A DNA stretch of 64,000 bases from an uncultured Spirochaetota bacterium (GTDB lineage: Bacteria; Spirochaetota; Spirochaetia; SZUA-6; CAVTHK01). Below the pieces are notes generated by a model. The model searched no databases and was not told the origin of the DNA. It saw only the letters and a program-made list of their open reading frames with translations. Shown here one piece after another: positions 10,500-20,285 of the stretch. Every line of letters begins with the position of its first letter. The stretch's first letter is position 1. Made by a program: the position numbers and the translations under genes. The stretch is taken from contig CAVTHK010000011.1 in assembly GCA_963734495.1 (NCBI GenBank), forward strand, positions 64,001-128,000. Reading direction: 5' to 3'.

Positions 10500-11473
10500 A
10501 GGACCAGAAGCTGCTCTACCTGTCGCGCGCCGACGTCGAAGCCGTCGGTCTCTCCATGCGCGAGATCATCGAAAGCGTCGAGGCCGCCTTTTGCGAAAAG
10601 GGATGCGGCCGCGTCGAGATGCCCCCCAAGCCGGCCGTGCACCCGGGGGCCAATACCTTCGCGCATGCCATGCCGGCCTTTATCCCCGCGCTGCGGTCGG
10701 TCGGGGTCAAGTGGGTGAGCGGCAACCCGGACAACCCGAAGCAGGGGATCCCCTACATCAACGGGCTCGTCATCCTGAACGACCCGGAAACCGTCTCGCC
10801 CGTCGCGGTCATGGACTGCACCTGGATCACGGCCAAGCGCACCGGCGCGGCCACAGCTATCGCAGCGAAGTATCTGGCGCGCAGCGAGGCGAAGACCATC
10901 GGCATCCTCGGCGCGGGGGTGCAGGGGTTCGGCAACCTCGAGGCGCTCAAGAGCCTTTTCCCGATCGAGCACGTGACCGTCTACGACCTTCGGCCCGAAG
11001 CCGCGCGACTCTACCGCGAGAAGGCTCTTTCGGCGTGGCCGGACATGACCGTGGTCGTCGCCACCGGCCCGCGCGAGGCCGTCGAGGGGATGGACCTGGT
11101 CGTGACCGCGGGGCCGACCGTCCGACCGCCGCATGCAACCATCAAGGCGGGCTGGCTCGGTGCCGGCAGCTTCGCGTCGATGGTGGACTACGACTCCTAC
11201 TGGGACCGAGCGGCGCTCAGGGAGGCGGACAAGTTCACGACCGACGACGTCCCGCAGCTCGAGGACCACAAGAAGCTCGGCTACTTCCTGGACATCCCGC
11301 CCGTCTACGCGGAGTTAGGCGAGATAGTGGCCGGGCTGAAGAAGGGGCGCGAAAGCAGCCGCGAACGCAACATCGCGTGCAACCTGGGGCTCGCCATAGA
11401 CGACATGGCGGTGGCGCCCCTCATCTACGAGCGGGCGCGCGAGCGCGGCATCGGCACCTGGCTCCCGCTGTAG
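10496..11473 (+). CDS. Ornithine cyclodeaminase/mu-crystallin family protein
   Basis: HAMPA, GVKWVS, ITAKRTGAA, GAGVQG, GLAIDD. Confidence 0.9.
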   Translation: MKDQKLLYLSRADVEAVGLSMREIIESVEAAFCEKGCGRVEMPPKPAVHPGANTFAHAMPAFIPALRSVGVKWVSGNPDNPKQGIPYINGLVILNDPETVSPVAVMDCTWITAKRTGAATAIAAKYLARSEAKTIGILGAGVQGFGNLEALKSLFPIEHVTVYDLRPEAARLYREKALSAWPDMTVVVATGPREAVEGMDLVVTAGPTVRPPHATIKAGWLGAGSFASMVDYDSYWDRAALREADKFTTDDVPQLEDHKKLGYFLDIPPVYAELGEIVAGLKKGRESSRERNIACNLGLAIDDMAVAPLIYERARERGIGTWLPL

Positions 11474-11495
11474 CGGCGTTCGCGGCCGCGTCCCC

Positions 11496-13190
11496 CTACA
11501 CCACCAAGGTGCGGCTCTGCTCGCGCATGTAGAGCGGCACGTACCAGCGGCCGCCGGCGTTCTTGCCCGTGGAGCCGGAGCCCTTCCAGCCGCCGAAGGG
11601 TTGGAAACCAGGCCACGCGCCTGTCGTCGAGCCCTGCGCGCGGTTGGCGTAGACCACGCCGGCCTCGACGCGGTCAAAGAACACCGCCGCTTCCTCTTCG
11701 CTCCCGTAAAAGCCGGCCGTGAGCCCGTAAGGGGTGTCGTTCGCCAGGCGGATGCCTTCATCTATATCCTCAACCGGCGCGACGGTGAGGATCGGCAGAA
11801 ACATCTCGTGCTTCCACAGCCTGTGGCTCAGGGGAATGTCCGCCGCGATCGTCGGCTCGCAGAAGAAGCCCTGCGCGAAGGCGCCTTCGGTGAGCACTCT
11901 GCCGCCGGTCACGATCCTGCCCGCGCGGGCGAGCTCGCCGGTGAACTGCCGGTAGTCTCGATACGCGGCCTCGTTGATCACGGGGCCGAGGAAGACGCCG
12001 CGCTCCGTCGGGTCGCCGATGACGAGCCTCCTGGTCGCGGCGACGAGACGCTCCAGGAGCTCGCCGTAGACCTGCCGCTCGACAAAGAGGCGCGAGTTGG
12101 CCGAGCACTTCTGGCCCTGCAGGCCGAAGGCCGAGCGGACGATGCCGGCCGTCGCCCGCTCGAGGTCCGCGTTCCGCGAGACGATGCACGGGTTCTTGCC
12201 GCCGAGCTCGAGGATCGTCGGCCGCGGGTGACGGCCCGAAGCGAAGGCACGGTAGATCCCCATGCCCACATCGAGCGACCCCGTAAAGGTGATGCCGTCG
12301 ACCCCGGGGTTGGTGACCAGCTCCTGGCCGATCGTACCGCCCGGGCCCGTGACGTAGTTGAAGACGCCGCCGGGAATCCCGGCGTCCCGCAGCGCCTCCG
12401 CGAGCAGGCGCCCGGTCCAGGGCGTCTTGCTCGCGGGCTTGAAGACCACAGCGTTCCCCGCTGCGAGCGCTGCCCCGGTGGGGCCGCCGGTCAGGGCGCC
12501 AGGGAAATTGAAGGGACTGATCACGACCCAGACCCCGTGGGGCCGGAGCACCGAGACGTTGCGGACGTTGATGCCGGGGATCGGGTCCTTTCCCATGGAC
12601 GCGACGAAGCCGCCGTTGGCCTCGACCTGGTCGCAGGCGTAGCGGATCAGGTCGGCGGTCTCGGCCGCGTCGCCCAGCGCCTCCGTGCGGATTTTGCCGA
12701 CCTCGAGCGAGATCGCTGCCCCGAAGTCGTAGATGCGCTCGTCGATGATCGCGGCCGCCCGGCGGAGGAGGCGCACGCGCTCCTTCCACGGCGTGCCCGA
12801 CCATGCGGGCCACGCCTTGCGCGCCGCCTCGATCGCCTGGCGGCCGTGCTCCGCCGTGCCCTGCGGGAACAGGCCGAGCACCCAGTCACGGTTGATCGGC
12901 GAGCGGTCCTGGAACTGGTTGGCCGCCCGCACCTCCCGGCCTCCGATGATCATGCCGTACTCGCGCCCGAGCCTCGCCCTGGTGTCTGCGAGGGCCTTCT
13001 CGTAGCGCGCGTGGAGCTGCTCAGGCGGGTTGAACATTGTGGCGTACGTCAACTTGAAGGGAGCCGCCGAATGGCTTCCCGCTGTCCTGCGCGTGATGGT
13101 CTTGCCGGGCGCCTTTCTTGCCCTCGCCTTTCTTCCGGGGGCCCTGACTGCTTTCCGGGTCGCTGCTTTCGTCACTCTCCGCGTCGCCAT
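11496..13190 (-). CDS. Aldehyde dehydrogenase, 1-pyrroline-5-carboxylate dehydrogenase-like, with a basic N-terminal tail
   Basis: ISPFNFP, FTGS, ELGGKN, GQKCSA, PFGGWKGSGSTGK; SD AGGAGG before ATG 13190. Confidence 0.88.
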   Translation of the reverse strand: MATRRVTKAATRKAVRAPGRKARARKAPGKTITRRTAGSHSAAPFKLTYATMFNPPEQLHARYEKALADTRARLGREYGMIIGGREVRAANQFQDRSPINRDWVLGLFPQGTAEHGRQAIEAARKAWPAWSGTPWKERVRLLRRAAAIIDERIYDFGAAISLEVGKIRTEALGDAAETADLIRYACDQVEANGGFVASMGKDPIPGINVRNVSVLRPHGVWVVISPFNFPGALTGGPTGAALAAGNAVVFKPASKTPWTGRLLAEALRDAGIPGGVFNYVTGPGGTIGQELVTNPGVDGITFTGSLDVGMGIYRAFASGRHPRPTILELGGKNPCIVSRNADLERATAGIVRSAFGLQGQKCSANSRLFVERQVYGELLERLVAATRRLVIGDPTERGVFLGPVINEAAYRDYRQFTGELARAGRIVTGGRVLTEGAFAQGFFCEPTIAADIPLSHRLWKHEMFLPILTVAPVEDIDEGIRLANDTPYGLTAGFYGSEEEAAVFFDRVEAGVVYANRAQGSTTGAWPGFQPFGGWKGSGSTGKNAGGRWYVPLYMREQSRTLVV

Positions 13191-13230
13191 GCTGCGCCTC
13201 CTATGACCTGGCGTCATCGCCAGGTCCCAA

Positions 13231-13253
13231 GCCCCCCCAATCCTTGGGGGGGC
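13231..13253. other. Perfect 10-bp hairpin between the oxidase and ALDH genes
   Basis: gcccccccaa-tcc-ttgggggggc; no U-tract. Confidence 0.55.
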
Positions 13254-13295
13254 TACGAAAGTACTCGCGCATCTCGCCGCCGTCCACCACGGGGC

Positions 13296-14495
13296 TTATA
13301 GCGGACCGGTCCCCCGCGGCTCCATCTCGCGGTCGAGGCCGAACGGGTTGTCCGCGGCCCCGAGGCGGCCGGCGAGCAGGTCCGCGAGCAGGCGGCTTCC
13401 CGCCGGGCTCGCCATTACGCCGTGGCCGCTGTACCCCGTGTTGACCCAGAGCCCTTCGACCCCGGTGGGCCCGATCAGCGGGCGGTGATCAGGGGTCATC
13501 GTGTACCGCCCCGCCTGGATCATCCACTGGATCGCGCCGTGCTCCCAGACGTCCCGCCAGAAAGGGGCGACGCGCGCGGCGGCGATCGGGCTCGCCGGGT
13601 CGAGCAGGCGGAAGGCGAGCTCGTGATCGATCCCCACAGGATCGGAAGGGTGCGTGGCCGCAGTGGTGGGGTCCGTGTAGAGCAGGTAGGCGCCCTGGAG
13701 CGCGGGCCTCCAGTGGACCCCGGTGTCCTCGTCGATCGTCATCGGCGCGTCGGCCGGCACCTGCGGGAGGTCGGGGAGCACGATCTTCTGCCGCCGCACG
13801 GCAGTCACCGGAAGCTGCACGCCCGCCTCGTGCGCGACCAGCGCCGAAAGCGGCCCGGCTGCGATCACCGCGGTGCGCGTGCTGATGACGCCCGCCGTCG
13901 TCTCCACGGCGGCCAGGCGCCCGCCCGAAAGCCGGAAGCCGGTCACGCTGCACCCGACAGCGGCCGGCGCGGCGGAGGCGGCGGCGAGCCCGTGCGTCAG
14001 CCGCTTCGGGTCGATGAAGCCGTCGCCCTGCCGGAAGCGCGCCTGGATCACGTCGGGGCTCGCGTAGGGAAAGCGGCGCCGCACCTCGCCGCCCGTGAGG
14101 ATCTCGATGTCCTTCTGTCCCCAGGAGTGCTGCTGCGCGACCAGCTCGCGCTGCCGCGCCGCGGCCGCGGGATCGGTCGTGAGGAAGAGGTAGCCCTGCG
14201 GTCGGACCCCCGGGTCATACGCTGTCTGGCGGGTCACCTCGGCGAAGTGGAGGAACAGCTCGACTGACTCGCGCACGAGGTCCATTTCTTCGCGGGTGTC
14301 GAACTGCAGGCGGAAGCCGCCGGTGGCCGCGGCTGTGGTCAAGGTCGCCAGTCTCGGCCTGCGCTCGACGATCAGCGGGTGCATCCCCGCGCGCGCGGCA
14401 AAGAAGGCGGTGGCCGCGCCCACGACCCCTCCGCCGACGATGACCAGGTCAGCGGTGCGGGGCGGCTCTCGCAGGTAGGTGATGGTCGGCCCCAT
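13296..14495 (-). CDS. FAD-dependent oxidoreductase, DAO/sarcosine oxidase beta family
   Basis: IVGGGVVG, TPDHRPLIG, GYSGHG; start MGPTITY at 14495. Confidence 0.88.
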   Translation of the reverse strand: MGPTITYLREPPRTADLVIVGGGVVGAATAFFAARAGMHPLIVERRPRLATLTTAAATGGFRLQFDTREEMDLVRESVELFLHFAEVTRQTAYDPGVRPQGYLFLTTDPAAAARQRELVAQQHSWGQKDIEILTGGEVRRRFPYASPDVIQARFRQGDGFIDPKRLTHGLAAASAAPAAVGCSVTGFRLSGGRLAAVETTAGVISTRTAVIAAGPLSALVAHEAGVQLPVTAVRRQKIVLPDLPQVPADAPMTIDEDTGVHWRPALQGAYLLYTDPTTAATHPSDPVGIDHELAFRLLDPASPIAAARVAPFWRDVWEHGAIQWMIQAGRYTMTPDHRPLIGPTGVEGLWVNTGYSGHGVMASPAGSRLLADLLAGRLGAADNPFGLDREMEPRGTGPL

Positions 14496-14563
14496 CGTTG
14501 CCCCCCGCAGCAAAGGTGGTGGCAGCGGGAGCCCGCGGTCAAGGGGCGCGCAGCGTCGGCGCG

Positions 14564-15839
14564 TCAGCCGGAGGTGACGGGATTGCTGAGGGCGAGCAGC
14601 GTGCCCGCGGTGTCGCGCACCTCCACGACGCACCAGCGCGACCTGCCGGCGGCGACAGGGCGCGCGCCCTCGCCGTCCGCACGGAGCTCCAGCGGCGGCT
14701 CGCCCTCGCGCACGAGGCGCACGAGACTTCCGGGCGGGCAAGCGCCCCACCGGACGTTGCCGCCCTCGAAGGCCAGGCGCGGACCCGAGGTCAGGTAGAG
14801 CCGGCCGGCTGCAACGGCGGCAAGGATGGCGGCTTCGGTCCTGTCTTCGGCGGCGACCATATTGAACCCGACGTGGTCCTCGATGCCCGGCCCGTGGGCG
14901 TCGGTGCCTGCCGTCGCCACAAGCCGGTGCCCCTGCCGCAGCCACTCGTACCACAGCGCCAGAGCGCGCTCGTTGTTGCTTTCGCCCCCCCAGGGGCCGT
15001 TCCACACTTCGACGACACCCGCGGTTCCGGGCATCATGTCGTCGAACCGCCAGTCGCAGCCCGTGCAGTGAGGGTCGCCGACCGACGTCGGGTGGGCGAT
15101 CACGAAGAGCCCGCCGCGCCCCCGCACGTCGGCCGCGATCGCCTGCATGCTCCTGCCGCTTTCGATCACGCCCCAGTCGATCCAGTCGCGCGTGCCCAGG
15201 CTCAGCGCGTGGCCGTGGAACGTCGTGAGCTCGAAGCCCCCCATCACGAGCAGGTCGGCGGAAGTCATCTCCCCGATGCCCGCGAGGTGCGAGATCGTGT
15301 TGTGATCGGTCAGCGTGACGAAGTCGAGCCCGGCCGCGCGGGCGGCAGCGAGGAGGGCAGGCGTTTCCCAGGACCCGTCTGAGGCGACCGTGTGCGCGTG
15401 CAGGTCGCCCCGGTACCAGCCGGGCCCCGAGCGCCCGGGGCGCGCTCCGCGCGATGCAGCCGGCGCCGCGGGCGAGGGCGTCGTCGCCGCCCCCCGCTGC
15501 CAGTCGACGAGGACCTCGTAGGGGCAGGGCCCGCTCACGCGGTGGACGTGGATCACGACCGACCACTCGCCCGCGGGGAGCGGGCCGCGGAGGTAGCCCG
15601 GCGTCGCAAGGCTCGGGCCGATCGAGACCGAGTGCGAAGCTGCCGCCGCGGTGGCCGGAGCCGCGGAAGCCCTCAGGGTCGAAGAGGCTCAGGCAGAGCA
15701 TGTTCGAGAGCCTGCCGGGCTCACCGGCCGCGAACCTCAGCTCCAGATCAAGCTGCCCCGCCCCGGCAGGCACGCGGAACGTGCGCGCTACGTGGGTCTT
15801 CTGGTCGCTCGGGGAGAGCGTGCCGCCGAATCTCAGCAT
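14564..15839 (-). CDS. PHP-domain metallohydrolase (CehA/McbA-like), +1 frameshift near 15635
   Basis: N-part MLRFGG...FRGSGHR continues in the next frame as HSVSIGPSLATPGYLRGPLPAGEW. PHP motifs GDLHAHT..SDG, TDHN, AHP, GTDAH. Confidence 0.8.
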
Positions 15840-15850
15840 TCGAAGCGTGG

Positions 15851-16186
15851 CTACGCGGTCGTCAGAGCGGCCCGCTGGCGGGAGACGTTTCTGCGGATGA
15901 TCGTCTCGAGGCCGTCCATGAAGTGGGAGATGCACTGACAGGAGAGCGAATAGTACACAGTGGTGCCCTCCTTGCGGTCTTCGACGACTCCCGCGGCCTT
16001 GAGCAGGGAAAGGTGCTTGGAAATCGTAGACGTGTCGGAGCCCACCATCTCCGTCAGCTCACACACGCAGTACGGGTGTTTCTGCAGCTTTTCGACGATG
16101 AAGATGCGGGTCGGGTGCGCAAGCGCCTTGAGGATGCGGGCCCTCGCCTCGGAGCGCGCCCTTTCGCCGGCCGTCATTCCCTTCAT
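15851..16186 (-). CDS. arsR: ArsR/SmtB-family metalloregulator
   Basis: KALAHPTR, CVCEL, STISKHLSLLK, YYSLSCQC. Confidence 0.9.
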   Translation of the reverse strand: MKGMTAGERARSEARARILKALAHPTRIFIVEKLQKHPYCVCELTEMVGSDTSTISKHLSLLKAAGVVEDRKEGTTVYYSLSCQCISHFMDGLETIIRRNVSRQRAALTTA

Positions 16187-16266
16187 TTGATGGTAATATG
16201 GCCAAACTGGCCGGGCGCGTCAATCCCCGTTGACATGACTTTGCTGCTTGGCTACATTGCCAACAA
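16187..16266. promoter_or_regulatory. Back-to-back promoters, each with a putative ArsR operator over its -10
   Basis: + TTGACA-N17-TACATT (16230-16258); - TTGACG-N17-CATATT (16223-16195). Shared motif TTGGCTACATTGCCAACAA / TTGGCCATATTACCATCAA. Confidence 0.75.
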
Positions 16267-16290
16267 CGGAATCCGAAAAGGAGGTGTCCC

Positions 16291-16533
16291 GTGACGGTGC
16301 AGATCCTGGGCGGCGGCTGCCCCAAGTGCCACCAGCTCGAGAAGAACGCGAAAGAGGCGATCGCGCGCCTGGGCATCAACGCGACGGTGGCCGCGGTCAC
16401 CGATATGGACAAGATCGTTGAGATGGGCGTCATGGTCACGCCCGCCCTCGCCGTCGACGGCACGGTGAAGAAGGCCGGTGCCGTCCTGTCGGTCGACCAG
16501 ATCACGCAGATCCTGAAAGCGAGCGCGGGATGA
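16291..16533 (+). CDS. Small thioredoxin-family redox-active disulfide protein (MTH895/Thioredoxin_3-like)
   Basis: ILGGGCPKC, GVMVTPALAVDG; SD AGGAGG. Confidence 0.9.
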   Translation: MTVQILGGGCPKCHQLEKNAKEAIARLGINATVAAVTDMDKIVEMGVMVTPALAVDGTVKKAGAVLSVDQITQILKASAG

Positions 16534-17762
16534 GCTCTCTGGAGACTCGCCCGCGGCCTGCTGACCGGCTGCGGGCGGCGTTGTCGGAAAAGAAGAATCA
16601 GGCGCTGCTGATCCTCTTCGGGGTGTTCCTGTTCGCTTACCTCGTGCCGTTCGCCCATCCGCGCGTGAGCGGCGCCGTCAACGAAGCCTTCGCGATGCTG
16701 GGCGAGTACGCGCGGCAGCACGTGCTGCTGTGCCTGGTGCCCGCTTTCTTCATCGCGGGCGCGATCACGATGTTCCTCAACCAGCAGTCCGTGATCCGCT
16801 ACCTCGGGCCGAACGCGCCCAAACCGGTGGCGTACAGCGTGGCCGCCGTGAGCGGCACGATTCTCGCCGTCTGCTCGTGCACAGTCCTTCCTTTGTTCAA
16901 GGGCATCTATCGCAAGGGCGCGGGTCTGGGGCCCGCAGTCTCCTTTCTCTATTCCGGGCCCGCGATCAACGTGCTGGCCATCGTGCTGACGGCCAAAGTG
17001 CTCGGGCCCGAGCTGGGCCTTGCGCGGGCGCTCGGCGCCATGGCATTTGCCGTGCTCATCGGCCTGTCCATGCACATGATATTCCGCCGCGAGGACGAGC
17101 AGCGGACCACCAATGCGGCGATGTTCGAAGGCGAGGTCCCCGCCGCGCCTCGTTCCCTCGGGCAGACCTCGATCATGATGGCCGCGATGGTGGGGATCCT
17201 CGTCTTCGTGAACTGGGCGCCTTCAGCGGGGGCCGCGGGGGCATGGGACGTGGTGTACAGGGCGAAGTACCTGATCACGGCCGCCTTCGGCCTGCTGCTC
17301 GTGTACTCGCTCCTGCGATGGTTCGAGCGCAGCGAGCTGCGCGACTGGGTCGCAGCCACCAGGGACTTCGCGGTGCAGATCCTGCCGCTGCTCTTTGGCG
17401 GAGTGCTCGTGGCAGGGTTTCTCTTGGGGCGGCCGGGCCACGGCGCGCTCATCCCCCAGGGCTGGGTCGCGGGGCTCGTGGGCGGAAATACGCTGGGCGC
17501 CAACCTGATCGCGTCGGTGTTCGGCGTGCTGATGTATTTTGCCACGCTGACCGAGGTCCCGATCATGCAGGGGCTGATCGGCGCCGGCATGGGCCAGGGG
17601 CCGGCCCTCGCGCTGCTGCTCTCGGGACCGTCTCTTTCCCTCCCTTCGATCCTCGTCATCGCGGGCGAGATCGGCTGGCGCAAGACCGCGACTTATGCCG
17701 GTCTCGTGGTAGTGTTCTCCACGCTGACCGGCCTCGGCTATGGCGCCCTGATGGGACGGTGA
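16530..17762 (+). CDS. ArsP/DUF318-family permease
   Basis: HVLLCLVPAFFIAGAI, AVCSCTVLPLF, MYFATLTEVPI. Confidence 0.88.
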   Translation: MSSLETRPRPADRLRAALSEKKNQALLILFGVFLFAYLVPFAHPRVSGAVNEAFAMLGEYARQHVLLCLVPAFFIAGAITMFLNQQSVIRYLGPNAPKPVAYSVAAVSGTILAVCSCTVLPLFKGIYRKGAGLGPAVSFLYSGPAINVLAIVLTAKVLGPELGLARALGAMAFAVLIGLSMHMIFRREDEQRTTNAAMFEGEVPAAPRSLGQTSIMMAAMVGILVFVNWAPSAGAAGAWDVVYRAKYLITAAFGLLLVYSLLRWFERSELRDWVAATRDFAVQILPLLFGGVLVAGFLLGRPGHGALIPQGWVAGLVGGNTLGANLIASVFGVLMYFATLTEVPIMQGLIGAGMGQGPALALLLSGPSLSLPSILVIAGEIGWRKTATYAGLVVVFSTLTGLGYGALMGR

Positions 17763-17768
17763 CTCTGA

Positions 17769-18204
<436 letters not shown>

Positions 18205-18215
<11 letters not shown>

Positions 18216-19450
18216 CAACGAAGCGGCGGCAGGCAGGCAGGTGAGAGGGCTCGGGCTCTTCGACCGCTATCTCACTCTCTGGGTATTCCTCTGCATTGTC
18301 GCGGGCATTATTCTGGGACGCCTCGCTCCGGAAACGGCGAAATTTCTCGACGGCCTGTCGATCTATTCTGGCGGCGCGCCGGTCGTTTCCATCCCGATCG
18401 CGGTCTGCCTCTTCTTCATGATGTTCCCGATCATGGTCAAGATCGATTTCCGCGAGGTGGTCCAGGCCGGCCGCAGCGCGAAGCCCGTCGCGCTGACGCT
18501 GTTCGTCAACTGGGCGATCAAGCCCTTCACGATGTACGCCATCGCCGTGTTCTTCCTCGGGGCGGTCTTTCGCGGCTTCATCGGCGCCGATGCCGTCGAT
18601 CTGGTCAAGATGCCCTTCGGCCTGGACCTGCCGGTGGGCGCGACGTACGGCTCAGGAACGGTCGTGCTGTCGGAGGGCGCCAGGATGCTGCAGGTGCCGC
18701 TGTGGCGCAGCTACCTGGCCGGCTGCATCCTGCTCGGGGTCGCGCCCTGCACCGCGATGGTGCTGGTGTGGGGCTAGCTTGCCCGGGGCAACGACGGTCA
18801 CACCCTCGTGATGGTGGCCATCAACTCGCTGACCATGCTGCTGCTGTACGGACCGCTCGGCGGCTTGCTGCTCGGAGTCGGCCGGCTTCCCGTGCCCTGG
18901 CAGGCGCTGGTGCTCTCGATCGCGATCTACGTCGCCTTGCCGCTGGTGGCCGGCTACTTCGTCCGTCGATGGATCATCGGCGCCAGAGGCGAAGCGTGGT
19001 TCCGGGAGAAGTTCCTGCACGTGCTCTCGCCGATCACGACCGTCGCGCTCCTCGCTGACGCTGGTGCTTCTGTTCTCGTTCAAGGGCGACGTGATCGTCG
19101 CAAACCCGCTGACGATTCTCTGGATCGCCGTGCCGCTCTTTATCCAGACCATGCTCATCTTCTGGCTCGGTTACTGGCTGGCCCGCGTTCTGAGGCTGAC
19201 CTACGCCGACGCCGCCCCCACCGCGATGATCGGGGCGTCGAACCACTTCGAGGTCGCCATCGCCACCGCGACCATGCTGTTCGGCCTGTCCTCCGGCGCG
19301 TCCCTCGCCACGGTGGTCGGCGTGCTGATCGAGGTCCCGGTGATGCTGATGCTGGTGCGCATCTGCCTGAAGACCACGCGGTGGTTTCCGCAGACGGCGC
19401 CTGCCGCGGCGGTCGCGCAGGCACGGCCGACACGAGGTCGTTCCGCTTGA
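18205..19450 (+). pseudogene. acr3: ACR3-family arsenite efflux transporter with an in-frame TAG (18775-18777) and a +1 frameshift (~19054); pseudogene or assembly error
   Basis: [60 protein letters not shown] spread over three ORFs. Confidence 0.85.
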
Positions 19451-19454
19451 GGCC

Positions 19455-20222
19455 TCACCGCGCCGAGACGCCCCCGTCGATGACCAGCTCGCTCCCGGTC
19501 ATGTAGCGCGACTCGTCGGTGGCGAGGAACAGGATCCCCCAGGCGATGTCGTCCGGCTGGGCGAGGCGGCCGAGCGGGGTCATCGCCGTTCGTTTCTCCC
19601 GCACTCCCGGCTGCGAATGGAAGTTGCGCGTCATCGGCGTTTCGACGAACCCCGGGAAGACCGCGTTCACCCGGATGCCCTCGGATGCGTATTGAATCGC
19701 CGCTGTCTTGGAGAGCGCCCGGACCGCCCCCTTGGATGCGGCGTAGGCCGTGCCGAAGTCGTCCCCCACGATCGCGTAGACCGAAGCGGTGTTGATGATC
19801 GAGCCGCCGCCCGCGGCGCGCATCAGAGGGACCGCGTGCTTGATCCCGAGGAACACGCCCCTCGCGTTGGTGGCGAAGGTGACCTCCCACCCTTCCACGG
19901 TCGTGTGCTCCACCGTCGGCCGCGAAAGCGGCCCTCCGCGCCCGGCGTTGTTGACGAGCACGTCCAGCCTGCCGAAGAGGCTCCTGACGCCGTCCATGAC
20001 GCGGGCCCACCCCGGCTCGTCGCTCACGTCGAGGTGCTCGAAGACGACCTTGACGCCGCCCTTGCCGAGCTCCGCGGCAAGCGTCTGGCCCGCCTCGTCG
20101 TTGATGTCGGCGATCACGACGCCCGCTGCGCCGTGGGCGGCGAAGAGCCGGCAGGCCGCCCCGCCGATTCCCGATGCGCCGCCGGTGACGAGGGCGACCT
20201 TGCCCCGCAGCCTTCCGTTCAC
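19455..20222 (-). CDS. Short-chain dehydrogenase/reductase
   Basis: [29 protein letters not shown]. Confidence 0.92.
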   Translation of the reverse strand: MNGRLRGKVALVTGGASGIGGAACRLFAAHGAAGVVIADINDEAGQTLAAELGKGGVKVVFEHLDVSDEPGWARVMDGVRSLFGRLDVLVNNAGRGGPLSRPTVEHTTVEGWEVTFATNARGVFLGIKHAVPLMRAAGGGSIINTASVYAIVGDDFGTAYAASKGAVRALSKTAAIQYASEGIRVNAVFPGFVETPMTRNFHSQPGVREKRTAMTPLGRLAQPDDIAWGILFLATDESRYMTGSELVIDGGVSAR

Positions 20223-20285
20223 GAAAACCTCCGTCTGCGGCGATGATAACCCGGAGGCGCCCCGTTCTGCAGTCCGGCGACGCCC

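Noticed and set aside
13296-15935. Apparent 879-aa fusion ending in the DAO oxidase
   Set aside because: An artefact of the PHP gene frameshift plus an open GC-rich frame; the oxidase has its own start at 14495.
18775-18777. Pyrrolysine or stop-codon readthrough in acr3
   Set aside because: TAG is a normal stop for many genes here, the site matches a likely Tyr, a frameshift follows, and no pyl genes are visible.
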